Counted from the stretch's first letter, positions 1-11,073 are shown. The stretch: DNA of 51,279 nucleotides from an uncultured Candidatus Saccharibacteria bacterium (GCA_964362925.1 CAYIGA010000001.1:1-51279), one strand, 5' to 3'. Notes: generated by a model from the letters alone, not told the origin. Numbers and translations: made by a program.

Positions 1-2006
1 GTGTAGGCGGCGCGGCCTTGGGACATTCCGCGCAGTTCGGTTATATAACCAAACATTTCACTTAAGGGCACTAAGGAATCGACAATATGGGAGTTGCCGC
101 GCTCTTCGGATCCTTGGACTCGACCGCGACGGGCGTTTAAGTCGCCAACGACCGAGCCGAAGAATTCGTCGGGAGTAGTTACCTCCACTCTCATAATTGG
201 CTCAAGAATAACCGGACCGGCTTTGCGGACACCGTCTTTAAAAGCCATCGCTCCAGCAATTTGGAAAGCAACATCACTGGAATCGACTTCATGAAATGAA
301 CCGTCATAAAGAGTCGCTTTAATATCAACGAGCGGATAACCGGCAATAACGCCTTTGCTTAAAACATCTTTAATGCCTTTTTCGACCGAGGGAATAAACT
401 CGCGGGGAATGGCACCACCAAAAACCTTATTAACAAACTCAAATCCCCCACCAAGTTCCAGCGGTTCGATTTCCAGCCAAACATGACCGTACTGACCGCG
501 ACCGCCGGTTTGTTTGATATATTTACCTTCTTGTTTGACCGATTTAGTAATCGCTTCTTTATAAGCGACTTGGGGCGCCCCTTTGTTGGCTTCGACGTTA
601 AACTCCCGCTTCATTCGATCGACGATAATATCCAGATGCAATTCTCCCATGCCTTCGATCAGGGTTTGATTGGTGGTAGCGTCCTGGCTTAGGCGCAAGG
701 TTGGGTCTTCGGCGGCCAAGCGGATTAAGGCGGCGCCCATTTTTTCTTGATCGGCTTTGGTTTTTGGTTCGATCGCCATCTTGATGACTGGCTCCGGAGC
801 GAATATCCGCTCCAGGACAATCGGCGCTTTTTCGTCGCAGAGCGTATCGCCGGTCGTTGTCGCTTTCAAACCAACGGCGGCGGCGATATCACCAGTGACA
901 ACTTCAGTCACATCTTCACGGGAGTTGGCGTGTAAGCGGACAATTCGGCCAACTCGTTCTTTCTCACCTTTGGAACTGTTTAAAACGTAAGAGCCAGCCG
1001 TTAATTTGCCGGCGTAGACTCTAAAGAAAGTCAGAGAACCGACAAATGGGTCGGTAGCAACCTTGAAGGCTAAAGCAGTAAACGGCTCATCGTCAGAGAC
1101 AGCTCGCCTTAGCTCTTTTTCCTCGTCTTTAACTTCTGTCCCTTTGACAGGCGGAATATCAATCGGCGAAGGCAAATAATCGACAACAGCATCAAGTAAA
1201 GTTTGGACGCCTTTGTTCTTCAACGCCGAGCCAGCCAGAACCGGGAAAATCGCCACTTTCAAAACCGCGCTTCGCAGCGCTACTTTCAGTTCGGCTTGGG
1301 AAATCTCCTTACCTTCAAAGTATTTCCGCAGTAGGCCTTCATCAGTTTCGGCAATCTGTTCGATTAATTTGTGACGATACTCATCTACCTCCTCTTTCAT
1401 CTCGGCCGGCACTTCAACTTCTTCCGGGTCTTTGCCAAGATCATCTTTCCAAACAACGGCCTTATTTTTAATTAAATCAATGACACCTTTAAGGTGTTCT
1501 TCTTGACCAATTGGTAATTGAATAACAGCCACTTTAGCGCCTAAACGTTCTTGAATGGTTTTGACGACAAACTTAAAATCGGCGCCAATGCGGTCGAGTT
1601 TGTTAACAAAACAAATTCGTGGTACTTGGTATTTATCGGCCTGTCGCCAAACTGTTTCGCTTTGAGATTGAACTCCGGCAACACCATCAAAAACAACGAT
1701 GGCGCCGTCAAGTACCCGCAGTGATCGCTGAACCTCGATCGTAAAATCGATGTGTCCAGGAGTATCGATAATGTTGATGTTATGATTCTTCCAGAAGGCA
1801 GTCGTCGCGGCGGCGGTGATCGTAATCCCCCGCTCTTGCTCTTGAGCCATCCAGTCCATCACCGCGGCGCCTTCGTGAACCTCGCCCATTTTATAAGTTT
1901 TACCGGTGTAAAAGAGTATTCTTTCACTGACGGTCGTTTTACCGGCGTCGATATGGGCGATGATGCCGATGTTACGGATTTTTTCGAGCGGATAACTACG
2001 GGCCAT
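1..2006 (-). CDS. fusA: translation elongation factor G, C-terminal end cut by window edge
   Basis: Reverse-strand translation from the ATG at 2006 gives [25 protein letters not shown]..., the canonical EF-G P-loop N-terminus. The frame stays open to position 1, so it is absent from the ORF track (no stop in window). It follows rpsL-rpsG as in str operons. Confidence 0.93.
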   Translation of the reverse strand, partial: MARSYPLEKIRNIGIIAHIDAGKTTVSERILFYTGKTYKMGEVHEGAAVMDWMAQEQERGITITAAATTAFWKNHNINIIDTPGHIDFTIEVQRSLRVLDGAIVVFDGVAGVQSQSETVWRQADKYQVPRICFVNKLDRIGADFKFVVKTIQERLGAKVAVIQLPIGQEEHLKGVIDLIKNKAVVWKDDLGKDPEEVEVPAEMKEEVDEYRHKLIEQIAETDEGLLRKYFEGKEISQAELKVALRSAVLKVAIFPVLAGSALKNKGVQTLLDAVVDYLPSPIDIPPVKGTEVKDEEKELRRAVSDDEPFTALAFKVATDPFVGSLTFFRVYAGKLTAGSYVLNSSKGEKERVGRIVRLHANSREDVTEVVTGDIAAAVGLKATTTGDTLCDEKAPIVLERIFAPEPVIKMAIEPKTKADQEKMGAALIRLAAEDPTLRLSQDATTNQTLIEGMGELHLDIIVDRMKREFNVEANKGAPQVAYKEAITKSVKQEGKYIKQTGGRGQYGHVWLEIEPLELGGGFEFVNKVFGGAIPREFIPSVEKGIKDVLSKGVIAGYPLVDIKATLYDGSFHEVDSSDVAFQIAGAMAFKDGVRKAGPVILEPIMRVEVTTPDEFFGSVVGDLNARRGRVQGSEERGNSHIVDSLVPLSEMFGYITELRGMSQGRAAY

Positions 2007-2367
2007 CTTGAGCCGGTATGGTAGAAAATGACGTAATAATGGTTATCAAGGTCAGCGCCAAGGCGCTATTGCCGACAACTCCGTAAATAGTCCAAGTCCA
2101 TTTGCCTAAATCTATTAAGTAAAGGTGGGTAATAAACGAACCAATTAGAAAAGCCAGCGCCAAGATGGCCAAAGTTCGACGAGTTTTTAGCTTGGTGATA
2201 TTGGCTTTTGAAAAGGCAATTAAGGTTAACATAGCGATCGGTAGAATCAACAGTCCAGCGGCGCCAGCCTGGGTTAGGTAATTTCCTGGGATCATAAGAT
2301 AAAAATAAGGAAACAAAATACTAACCGCTAAAACCCAGACTGGAAACTTGTAGGTAATTCTTGTCAT
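1996..2367 (-). CDS. small polytopic membrane protein, unknown function (123 aa, about 4 hydrophobic segments)
   Basis: Track ORF with strongly hydrophobic segments. It starts 19 nt after the rpsG stop and overlaps the fusA ATG by 11 nt. No family recognised. Confidence 0.55.
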   Translation of the reverse strand: MTRITYKFPVWVLAVSILFPYFYLMIPGNYLTQAGAAGLLILPIAMLTLIAFSKANITKLKTRRTLAILALAFLIGSFITHLYLIDLGKWTWTIYGVVGNSALALTLITIITSFSTIPAQDGP

Positions 2368-2385
2368 TGGTTGTCCAAAATTAGT

Positions 2386-2859
2386 TCAGTAGCGAGCGAA
2401 ATGAGCGAAAGCCCGATTGGCTTCGGCCATTTTATGGAGATCTTCACGCTTTTTCATAACGGTGCCGGTTTCAGCCAGGATGTTTTTCATCTCTTCGAAC
2501 AGGGCGTCAGCCATCGGTTTGCCTTTGACATTACGGCTAGCGGCAATCAGCCAGCGCATGACTAAAATAACTTTTCGAGCCGGACGGACTTCCGTCGGCA
2601 CTTGATAATTAGCCCCACCGACTCGACGAGATTTAACCTCGAGAATAGGCGAAGCTTTGTCGATAATTAATTTCAAAGTTTCTGCCACATCGATTTTTTG
2701 TTCCTTCGCCAAACGCTCGATAGCGCTATAGACAATTGTCGTGGCTGTTTCTTTTTTGCCGCCGATCATTACTTTGTTAATTAGTTTCGTCAATTGTAAA
2801 TTTTGATATTTTGGATCCAAATTGATCGGTGGCCTTTTGATGGTGATTTTGCCCCTCAT
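2386..2859 (-). CDS. rpsG: 30S ribosomal protein S7
   Basis: 157-aa ORF with typical S7 sequence (...EVKSRRVGGANYQVP...HKMAEANRAFAHFR-like C-terminus). GGAG lies 9 nt upstream of the ATG. Confidence 0.97.
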   Translation of the reverse strand: MRGKITIKRPPINLDPKYQNLQLTKLINKVMIGGKKETATTIVYSAIERLAKEQKIDVAETLKLIIDKASPILEVKSRRVGGANYQVPTEVRPARKVILVMRWLIAASRNVKGKPMADALFEEMKNILAETGTVMKKREDLHKMAEANRAFAHFARY

Positions 2860-2987
2860 CTGACAAATCTCCGATTTGTTAGATGAGGAATATAGAATGT
2901 AGAATATAGAATACAGAAGGGCTTGCCGCTCTGCGGCAAATTGGAGGTTCTATTCTTAACTCGAAATTCTTGATTCATAATTCTTCT

Positions 2988-3404
2988 CTACTTCGGTCTT
3001 TTCGCTCCATACTTTGACCGACCTTGGCGACGGTTTTCAACTGCCTCGGCGTTCAAAACGCCACGGACGATATGATATTTAACTCCAGGCAAATCTTTGA
3101 CCCGACCGCCTCGAATCAGGACTAGGGCATGCTCTTGTAAATTATGTTTGATGCCGGGAATATAAGCCGTCACTTCTTGGCCACTTGTAAGGCGAACCCG
3201 AGCGATTTTCCGCAAAGCCGAGTTGGGTTTTTTGGGAGTGGTCGTTGTCACCTTAACGCAAACACCGCGCATAAATGGCCGTCCAGAGACGTAGTCAACT
3301 GGGCGATTCTTTAATGAGTTAAAGCCACGATGAAGGGCCGGAGATCGAGACTTCTCTGTATTCTTTCTACGACCGTACTTAACTAGCTGATTAATCGTCG
3401 GCAT
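2988..3404 (-). CDS. rpsL: 30S ribosomal protein S12
   Basis: MPTINQL... N-terminus and [10 protein letters not shown] motif. Start moved from the track TTG (3410) to the ATG at 3404, which has AAGAGGA 8 nt upstream. Confidence 0.97.
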   Translation of the reverse strand: MPTINQLVKYGRRKNTEKSRSPALHRGFNSLKNRPVDYVSGRPFMRGVCVKVTTTTPKKPNSALRKIARVRLTSGQEVTAYIPGIKHNLQEHALVLIRGGRVKDLPGVKYHIVRGVLNAEAVENRRQGRSKYGAKRPK

Positions 3405-3528
3405 TAACAAAATCCTCTTGATCTTGAAAAAACGAAGTTAGAATAATCAATAGCTAAACCCAGAATCCCAAACTGACTAGTCGTTAATGGTAATTTATAA
3501 TTGGTTATTTTTCTTAACATCATTGTCT

Positions 3529-3539
3529 ATTATACCTTA
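3529..3539 (-). promoter_or_regulatory. TAAGGTATAAT extended -10-like box in the rpoC-rpsL spacer
   Basis: The reverse complement of 3529-3539 reads TAAGGTATAAT. The same 11-mer family sits directly upstream of uvrB and uvrC. Confidence 0.4.
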
Positions 3540-3555
3540 TAAATTGAGGGATTTT

Positions 3556-6500
3556 CTAGCTCACTTTTGGCTTTTTTAAGATTGTTTTGGCAGTATCAAC
3601 AGCGCTACCAACCGTTACTTCCGTTGGATCGATTTTAACGTCGATGCCATAACCGGTACCGGCTGGAATAAGCTTACCGATAATAACGTTTTCTTTGAGG
3701 CCGCGAAGCGGATCGACTTGACCCTTCAGAGCGGCCTTAATTAAAACGCTGGTAGTTTCTTGAAAGGAAGCGGCGGAGAGGAACGACTTAGTATTGAGCG
3801 AGGCTCGAGTTATTCCCAGAACAATTTGTTCGTATTCAATCAGGCGGACATTCTCTTTCTTTAAGCGAAGATTGACGTTATCAGTTTCTAGTTTATCGAT
3901 AATCTGGCCGGTCAGGAAGATCGAGTCGCCGCCTTGAAGAATCCGAATTTTAGCGAACATTGCTCTGACAATAATTTCAATATGCTTCTCGTTGACGGCG
4001 GCGCCGTGGGCGGCGTAGATATTTTGAACCTCTTTAACGATATAGGATTGAGTCGCCTCAAGACCACGGAGGTCAAGCGATTGAGACAGATCGATGTGAC
4101 CATCGGTTAGTTTTGCCCCTATTTCGACCATATCGCCTCCATTGACAATAACGTTGATATCCGGTGAGGCGGTATAGCTAACAGTGACTGGCTCAAGTGA
4201 AGTGACAGTGATAGTCTTACCCTTAATTTTAACCCGACCGCCGACATTAGTTCGAACGGCTTTTTTGTCAATGGCCGTGGCAACCGCTTGTTTAGGTTTA
4301 ATGACATCGCCATTTTTAACCGCTGGTTGGTATCCTTCAGCCAATTGAAAAGATTCTTTCGGAATCTCGTCGGAAACGATTTCAATAAGTAGTTTGTCTT
4401 TGTGCTCACTCAAAAGGACTTTGCCGGAAATTTCCGCCAAGATAGCCGGGTTGTGGGGCGGACGGGACTCGAAGATTTCCTCAACTCGGGGCAGGCCGGA
4501 AGTAATATCACCGACCGACACGCCGCCCATGTGGAACGTTTTCATTGTCAGTTGGGTGCCTGGCTCACCGATCGCTTGGGCGGCCATAATACCGACCGCC
4601 GTCCCAATAGTCACCAGTTCGCCAGTGGCTAAATCTCGACCGTAACACTTCTGACAGATGCCCCAAGGCGCTCGACAGTAGAGAGTGGACCGAACCAACA
4701 GCTCTGTTTTAGCGCTGGCGATAAGGGCGATGATGATTTCTTCGGTAATTTCCTGTCCAACTTTGAGAATTACTTTGCCACGACCCTTTCCGGAAGGAGT
4801 CTCTGGCGAATGATCCTGAACTGTTTCCATGCTGACGCGACCAAGAAGTCGTTCCTGATAAGATTCGCCGTATTGTGGCGATTCGGCTTCGCGGACGATA
4901 TTGCCCCGCTCGGCCTGACAGTCGTTGATGGTAATGACCAAATCTTGAGCGACATCAACCAAGCGACGAGTCAGATAACCGGCGTCGGCGGTTTTAAGAG
5001 ACGTGTCGGATTTACCTTTTCGTGAGCCGTGAGTCGAAATGAAGTATTCGAGTACCGACAGACCCTCTTTATAATTAGAGATAATCGGGACTTCGATAAT
5101 GCCGCCGGCTGGGTTAACCACCAAGCCCTTCATCCCAGACAGCTGGGTCATCTGGTTGGATGAACCACGAGCGCCCGAAGAAACCATGGTGTAAATCGAG
5201 CGAGATTTGGGTAAATCGTTCATCACTTCTGTTTGAATGCGACTTCGAATCTCGGTCCATTTTTCGATCGACAGTTTCCGTCGCTCGTTGTCGGTGATCA
5301 AACCCCGTCGATAGCGCTTGGTGATTTCTTCGATCGCTTCCTCACCTTCGCTAATCAGTTTGCCTTTCTGTTCGGGAATATGAATATCGAAAATCGACAT
5401 CGTCATACCGGATTTTTCGGCAAACTGAAAACCAAGTCGCATTAAATCATCAGCCGTTCTGGCTGTTTCATCAGCGCCGTAAAGTTTGTAGATGTTTCGG
5501 ATGACGACTTTGAGACTTTTTGTGTCTTGGGGCTGATTAACAAATGAGTGGCCTTGGGGCAAGACGGCGTTAAACAGAACCCGACCAACGGTCGTCTCAA
5601 TTCGACCAACGCTGGTTCGGAGTTGGATTTTGGCTTGGGGGTGAACATTACCCCTTTGATAATCCAACTCGACATCTTCAATTGAGGCAAAGGCCCGACC
5701 TTGACCGGGCACGCCAACTTGTTCACTAGTTAGATAGAAGATGCCAAAAACGATATCTAGTCGTGGCGTCACCAGCGGTTCGCCGGAAGCTGGTTTGAGT
5801 AAATTTTTTGCCGAGAGCATCAGTTCTTTGGCTTCATTGCGCGCTTGAGTTGACAGGGGCACATGGACGGCCATTTGGTCACCATCGAAGTCAGCGTTGT
5901 AAGCGGCACAGACCAACGGATGCAACTGAATGGCTTTACCTTCGATTAAAAGTGGTCTGAAGGCCTGAATGCCTAAACGATGGAGGGTTGGCGCTCGGTT
6001 GAGTAAGACGTGAGCGTTATTTGTGACAACTTCTAAAATCTCCCAGACTTCTGGTGTGCCCCGTTCGATTAATCGTGAGGCATTTTTAACGTTGTGGACG
6101 TAGCCTTCACTGATTAGTTTAGAGATAATAAACGGCTTAAACAGCTCTAAAGCCATGATTTTTGGCAGACCGCACTGGTCGAGTTTTAGGTTGGGACCGA
6201 CAATAATTACTGATCGACCAGAATAGTCGACTCGTTTACCAAGCAGGTTTTGACGGAATCGACCCTGTTTGCCCCGCAACATATCCGATAATGATCGTGG
6301 TTGACGGCCACCGGAGGTGGTCTGGCCTTTACGAGCCGAGTTGTCGATCAGGGCATCAACCGCTTCCTGAAGCATCCTCTTTTCATTACGGACAATGACG
6401 TCAGGCGCCCCTTGGTTCATTAGACGCTTCAAGCGATTATTGCGGTTTAAAACCCGGCGATAGAGGTCGTTTAAGTCCGATGAGGCGAACCGACCACCGT

Positions 6501-7398
6501 CCAGTTGAACCATTGGTCGCAAATCCGGTGGCAAGACCGGTAGTTTGCCAATAATCAACCAGTCAGCGCGGATGCCAGCCAGTTTCATATCAGTCAGGAC
6601 GCGGAGCCGTTTCATCAGGCGACGGTAAGTATTGCTTTGAACGTTGGTCGCCCGGGTGATAATGTTTGATATCTCGGTATCGAGATCGATTTTTTTCAAC
6701 AATTCTAGAACGGCTTCGGCGCCGATGGCAACCTTAATGATATTACCAAAGCGTAAGCTGATTTCATGAAATTTGGCTTCGGGCAAAATTTGCCGAGGGA
6801 TTAACGACTGAAGGTCGGCTTTGGTCTGTTTATAGTTTAGTTCCAGTTGTTCTAATCGCTCGGGCGAGTCTTTAAGCTGTTCTTTAGCGCTCTTATACTC
6901 GTTTTCTAGTTGAGCTAGAGCGTCGGCTTTGAGCTGCTCGTCAACACCTGTAACGACAAAACTAGCGAAGTAGATAATTTTCTCTAGGTCGCTAACGGAG
7001 ATGTCGAGAATAGTGCTTAAGATATAGGGGACACCGCGAACGTACCATATGTGAGCGACCGGGACGGCTAAATCGATATGACCCATTCGCTCCCGTCGGA
7101 CGCTTGATCGAGTCACCTCGACGCCGCATTTATCACAGATGACACCCTTGTAGCGAATCCGTTTATATTTACCGCAATAACACTCCCAGTCTTTGGTCGG
7201 ACCAAAGATCCGTTCGTCAAATAAGCCGTCTCGCTCCGGTTTTTGAGTTCGGTAGTTGATCGTCTCTGGCTTCATTACCTCACCGTACGACCACTTTTCG
7301 ATATCTTCTGGTGAGGCAACTCTTAACCGCAACCCTTCAAAATTGAGAAGATTAAATTCGACTTTTTCTGGTTTAGTATTAAGTTTTAGTTCAGGCAT
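3556..7398 (-). CDS. rpoC: DNA-directed RNA polymerase subunit beta prime
   Basis: 1280-aa ORF with the zinc-binding CxCGKY..C..CGVEV motif, the NADFDGD catalytic motif and bridge-helix/trigger-loop regions. Confidence 0.98.
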   Translation of the reverse strand: MPELKLNTKPEKVEFNLLNFEGLRLRVASPEDIEKWSYGEVMKPETINYRTQKPERDGLFDERIFGPTKDWECYCGKYKRIRYKGVICDKCGVEVTRSSVRRERMGHIDLAVPVAHIWYVRGVPYILSTILDISVSDLEKIIYFASFVVTGVDEQLKADALAQLENEYKSAKEQLKDSPERLEQLELNYKQTKADLQSLIPRQILPEAKFHEISLRFGNIIKVAIGAEAVLELLKKIDLDTEISNIITRATNVQSNTYRRLMKRLRVLTDMKLAGIRADWLIIGKLPVLPPDLRPMVQLDGGRFASSDLNDLYRRVLNRNNRLKRLMNQGAPDVIVRNEKRMLQEAVDALIDNSARKGQTTSGGRQPRSLSDMLRGKQGRFRQNLLGKRVDYSGRSVIIVGPNLKLDQCGLPKIMALELFKPFIISKLISEGYVHNVKNASRLIERGTPEVWEILEVVTNNAHVLLNRAPTLHRLGIQAFRPLLIEGKAIQLHPLVCAAYNADFDGDQMAVHVPLSTQARNEAKELMLSAKNLLKPASGEPLVTPRLDIVFGIFYLTSEQVGVPGQGRAFASIEDVELDYQRGNVHPQAKIQLRTSVGRIETTVGRVLFNAVLPQGHSFVNQPQDTKSLKVVIRNIYKLYGADETARTADDLMRLGFQFAEKSGMTMSIFDIHIPEQKGKLISEGEEAIEEITKRYRRGLITDNERRKLSIEKWTEIRSRIQTEVMNDLPKSRSIYTMVSSGARGSSNQMTQLSGMKGLVVNPAGGIIEVPIISNYKEGLSVLEYFISTHGSRKGKSDTSLKTADAGYLTRRLVDVAQDLVITINDCQAERGNIVREAESPQYGESYQERLLGRVSMETVQDHSPETPSGKGRGKVILKVGQEITEEIIIALIASAKTELLVRSTLYCRAPWGICQKCYGRDLATGELVTIGTAVGIMAAQAIGEPGTQLTMKTFHMGGVSVGDITSGLPRVEEIFESRPPHNPAILAEISGKVLLSEHKDKLLIEIVSDEIPKESFQLAEGYQPAVKNGDVIKPKQAVATAIDKKAVRTNVGGRVKIKGKTITVTSLEPVTVSYTASPDINVIVNGGDMVEIGAKLTDGHIDLSQSLDLRGLEATQSYIVKEVQNIYAAHGAAVNEKHIEIIVRAMFAKIRILQGGDSIFLTGQIIDKLETDNVNLRLKKENVRLIEYEQIVLGITRASLNTKSFLSAASFQETTSVLIKAALKGQVDPLRGLKENVIIGKLIPAGTGYGIDVKIDPTEVTVGSAVDTAKTILKKPKVS

Positions 7399-7478
7399 GA
7401 CTCAAAATCTCCGATTTGATAATTCAAACTCCAAAAGTCAAAACTGAAAATATTGGTATCCCTGGCGGGATGGTCATT

Positions 7479-7549
7479 AAAAATTTCATTACTTTGAGAT
7501 TTGTCACTACGCTCGCTTCTCCTTTTAGTCGGAGTGAGATTTGCATTTA
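7479..7549 (-). repeat. intergenic repeat family 2, copy A (rpoB stop to rpoC leader)
   Basis: On the minus strand it reads TAAATGCAAATCTCACTCCGA...CGTAGTGACAAATC...GAAATTTTTAAT, which shares blocks with the copy at 19985-20140. Confidence 0.6.
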
Positions 7550-10500
7550 GTTTTTCTCCCTTTTTGCTACCTTAACCTCTTCTGGTTCTTCGGCTAGTTC
7601 ATTCTCTTCCGGTTCCGGCTCTTTAAGCTCTTGATCGGCTAGATCAAGGATTTCCGCCTCTTCGTCAATTTTCATTCCCGTGGCAAAAACTTCAGCTTGC
7701 ATTAAAACCCGCTGATTTTCGAGCTCCCGCAAGCGACCCTCATTTTCAATCACTTCAACGTTCAACATTAATCCCTGCAGTTCGCGGACTAAAACGGCAA
7801 ACGAAGCCGGGACTTGGGGTTTTTGAATTTCTTCGCCCCGGATAATCGCTTCATAAGCTTTGGCTCGGCCGATGACGTCGTCAGATTTGATCGTCAACAT
7901 TTCTTGCAAAATGTGAGCGGCGCCGTAGGCCTCGAGCGCCCAGACTTCCATTTCCCCAAATCTCTGACCACCAAATTGGGCCTTTCCACCGAGCGGCTGT
8001 TGGGTAACCATCGAGTACGGGCCAGTTGAACGAGCGTGAATCTTGTCATCAACAAGGTGAATTAGTTTGAGCATATATTTAATCCCGACTGTTGTTTGCT
8101 CATCGTACTCGACGCCAGCTCGACCGTCTCGAAGCTGGATTTTGCCACTTTCGGGCAGTCCGGCTTTCTTCAGTTCGGCCACAATATTATTAATTGGGAC
8201 GCCAAAGAAAGCGGGCGAGGCAACTTTGTAATGAAGTTTTTCCGCCGCCCAGCCGAGGTGGGTTTCTAAAATTTGACCTAAGTTCATCCGCGAGATTACC
8301 CCGAGCGGATTTAAGATAATATCAACCGGCGTACCGTCAGGTAAAAATGGCATATCGGCCTCCGGCAAAACGACCGAGATAACGCCTTTATTGCCGTGTC
8401 GGCCAGCCATTTTGTCGCCAACGGTCACCTTGCGTAATTGAGCGATCGAAACTTCGATTTGCTGGTAAACACCCGCCGGTAATTCGTCGCCAACGTCCTT
8501 GGAAAAGACCTTAACTTCCACCACCTTACCGCGCTCGCCATGAGGTAAACGCAAGGAAGTGTCTTTGACGTCTTTAGCTTTCTCGCCAAAAATCGCCCGC
8601 AATAGTTTTTCTTCGGCCGTCAATTCGGTTTCGCCTCGAGGGGTAATTTTTCCAACTAAGATTTCACCAGAGGATATTTCGGCGCCGATCCGGATGATCC
8701 CTTGTTCATCAAGATTAGCCAGCGCTTCGTCACCGACGTTGGGAATGTCCCGAGTAATTAATTCCGGACCTAGTTTGGTGTCGCGAACTTCGGTCGAGTA
8801 TTTTTCGATATGAATAGAGGTGAAACGATCGTCACGGACAAGGCGTTCGGAAACGATAATCGCATCTTCGTAGTTGTAACCGCCCCAGCTTAAATAAGCG
8901 ACTATGACATTTTGGCCGATCGCCAACTCCCCCATGTCAGAAGCGGAAGAATCGACAATAACTTGACCTTTCTTGACTTTATCGCCAATTTTAACTGTTG
9001 ATCGTTGGTTGATACAGGTGCTTTGATTGGAACGGACAAACTTCGACAAAAGATAAGTTTTCTCCTTTTGACCAGATTTGATTCTGATTTGCTCACCATC
9101 GGCGTATTGGACAACGCCGTCATTTTCCGAGACAACCAGTTGTCCGGAATCTTTGACCGCGCCCTCAAGACCGGTACCGACAATCGGCGATTGAGGTTTA
9201 ACCAGTGGCACGGCTTGACGTTGCATGTTTGAACCCATCGAGGCTCTGGTGGCGTCGTTATGTTCAACAAAAGGAATCAGCGCCGAGGAAATTGAAACGG
9301 TCTGTTGGGGCGAGACGTCAATGTAATCAACGTGGACTGGGCTTTCGATCAGCGGTTCGCCATGACGACGAGCGATAACCTTCGAACCAATAATATGGCC
9401 GAGCGAATCGAGACGGGTCGAAAATGGCACCAGGGTGTATTTTTCCTCGTCGTAGGCGTCAAGATATTCAATCTTGCTGGTAACGTGAGCTTTACCGTTT
9501 TTAACTTCAATCTTCCGAAACGGCGTTTCGATAAAACCATACTCATTGACACGAGCATTAGAAGCTAGATAGCCGACCAAGCCGATGTTCTGACCTTCAG
9601 GAGTGGTAATCGGGCAAACCCGACCGTAGTGAGAGCGATGAACATCGCGGACATCAAAGCCAGCATGCTCGCGACTCAACCCGCCCGGGCCGGTGGCTGA
9701 CAGAGTTCGTTTGTGCTCCAGCTCGGCCAGCGGATTGGTTTGGTTCATAAATTGGCTCATTTGGCTGGAAGCGAAGAATTCTTGCAAAATTGCCGCGACC
9801 GGCCGAGAATTAATCAAGGCAATCGGATTAACCTCATCGGGCTCGGCGATCTGACTCATTCGGTCTTTAATGATCCGCTCAACCCGCAACAAGCCGACCC
9901 GGATCCGATTTTGGACCAGCTCACCGACCGCTCGAACCCGGCGATTCTTCAAGTGATCAATGTCGTCGGGCTGACTGCCAGGGCTGTTGTTAAGCCGAAT
10001 AATTTCAATGATAATTTCAACGATATCCTCGAAGCGCAATACCCGGTTTTTGGCGGTATTAGCGACGTTCAACTCGAGTCGTTGGTTAATCTTGTAGCGA
10101 CCAACTCGACCTAAATCGTATCTCTTGGGGTTGAAAAAGATCGTTTCAATATAGCTCTTGGCAGTTTCGCTCGTTACTAAATCGCCGGGACGAATTCGTT
10201 TATAAACCTCGATCAACGCCTCTTCATAAGTGGTAGCTGGGTCACGAGCTAAGGTTGACTCGATATATTGAGCGTCTTTATTGTTGTCAACCGCTTTAAA
10301 AAGGGCGACGATTTGCTTATCATTGATGTTAGCTAACGCTCGGAGTAAGGTTGTGATTGGAATCCGTCTCTTCCGATCAACTTTGACGGAAATAACGTTA
10401 CGGGAGTTGGTTTCAAACTCCAACCAGGTACCACGATTAGGTATAACTTTAGCGCCGAACAAATTTCGACCGCTAATGGTTTCGCTGGTAAATAAGACGC

Positions 10501-10885
10501 CAAACGAACGGACGATCTGGGAAACAACAACCCTCTCGACACCGTTAATAATAAAGGTACCTCGATCGGTCATCAGCGGAAAATCACCCAAAAAGACTTC
10601 GCCGGTTTTAGTTTTGTTGGTTAATTTGTTAGTCAATTTGATCTGACAGCGCAAAGGAGCCTTGAAAGAAAGATTTTTGTCTTTGGCGGTTTTCTCGTCG
10701 TATTTGGCCGGATCAAGTGAGTATTTACCAAATTCGAGTGAAAAGAGCTTGCCGGTAAAATCTTCAACGGGCGAAATTTCGCCTAAGAGTTCACCGATGC
10801 CCTCATCAAAAAGCCAGCCGTAACTTTTCAGCTGTACTTCAATTAAATTAGAAAGCCCCCCTTGCGCCTCTAACGGGCGAAACAA
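7547..10885 (-). CDS. rpoB: DNA-directed RNA polymerase subunit beta
   Basis: 1112-aa ORF with conserved beta-subunit regions (e.g. GRHGNKGV, the FGEMEVWALEAYGAA-like block) and an acidic C-terminal tail. TTG start with GGAGG 13 nt upstream, so the exact start is uncertain. Confidence 0.96.
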   Translation of the reverse strand: MFRPLEAQGGLSNLIEVQLKSYGWLFDEGIGELLGEISPVEDFTGKLFSLEFGKYSLDPAKYDEKTAKDKNLSFKAPLRCQIKLTNKLTNKTKTGEVFLGDFPLMTDRGTFIINGVERVVVSQIVRSFGVLFTSETISGRNLFGAKVIPNRGTWLEFETNSRNVISVKVDRKRRIPITTLLRALANINDKQIVALFKAVDNNKDAQYIESTLARDPATTYEEALIEVYKRIRPGDLVTSETAKSYIETIFFNPKRYDLGRVGRYKINQRLELNVANTAKNRVLRFEDIVEIIIEIIRLNNSPGSQPDDIDHLKNRRVRAVGELVQNRIRVGLLRVERIIKDRMSQIAEPDEVNPIALINSRPVAAILQEFFASSQMSQFMNQTNPLAELEHKRTLSATGPGGLSREHAGFDVRDVHRSHYGRVCPITTPEGQNIGLVGYLASNARVNEYGFIETPFRKIEVKNGKAHVTSKIEYLDAYDEEKYTLVPFSTRLDSLGHIIGSKVIARRHGEPLIESPVHVDYIDVSPQQTVSISSALIPFVEHNDATRASMGSNMQRQAVPLVKPQSPIVGTGLEGAVKDSGQLVVSENDGVVQYADGEQIRIKSGQKEKTYLLSKFVRSNQSTCINQRSTVKIGDKVKKGQVIVDSSASDMGELAIGQNVIVAYLSWGGYNYEDAIIVSERLVRDDRFTSIHIEKYSTEVRDTKLGPELITRDIPNVGDEALANLDEQGIIRIGAEISSGEILVGKITPRGETELTAEEKLLRAIFGEKAKDVKDTSLRLPHGERGKVVEVKVFSKDVGDELPAGVYQQIEVSIAQLRKVTVGDKMAGRHGNKGVISVVLPEADMPFLPDGTPVDIILNPLGVISRMNLGQILETHLGWAAEKLHYKVASPAFFGVPINNIVAELKKAGLPESGKIQLRDGRAGVEYDEQTTVGIKYMLKLIHLVDDKIHARSTGPYSMVTQQPLGGKAQFGGQRFGEMEVWALEAYGAAHILQEMLTIKSDDVIGRAKAYEAIIRGEEIQKPQVPASFAVLVRELQGLMLNVEVIENEGRLRELENQRVLMQAEVFATGMKIDEEAEILDLADQELKEPEPEENELAEEPEEVKVAKREKN

Positions 10886-11045
10886 CTTACGCAGTAATCC
10901 TCCTAGCTAGTCACACAAAAGCCCGCTCCAACACGGAACAAACCCCTACGACCCGAATGTCGTTCGTTTACTTTCTCTAATATCCCCAACTTATCTGATC
11001 CTTATGATAAAGTATTTCTGACCTTTGTCAAGCCCTGTCGAAAAT

Positions 11046-11073
11046 TTGACAAGTATCAAACTTGGTGTATTTA
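11046..11073 (+). promoter_or_regulatory. sigma70-like promoter TTGACA-16 nt-TATTTA
   Basis: Read directly. It overlaps the track ORF start at 11062, which argues for the downstream GTG at 11137 as the start. Confidence 0.45.

Noticed and set aside
3912-10646. Many 60-130-aa ORFs on both strands inside rpoC and rpoB
   Set aside because: All are nested in or antisense to the clearly homologous RNA polymerase subunit genes and have junk-like composition.
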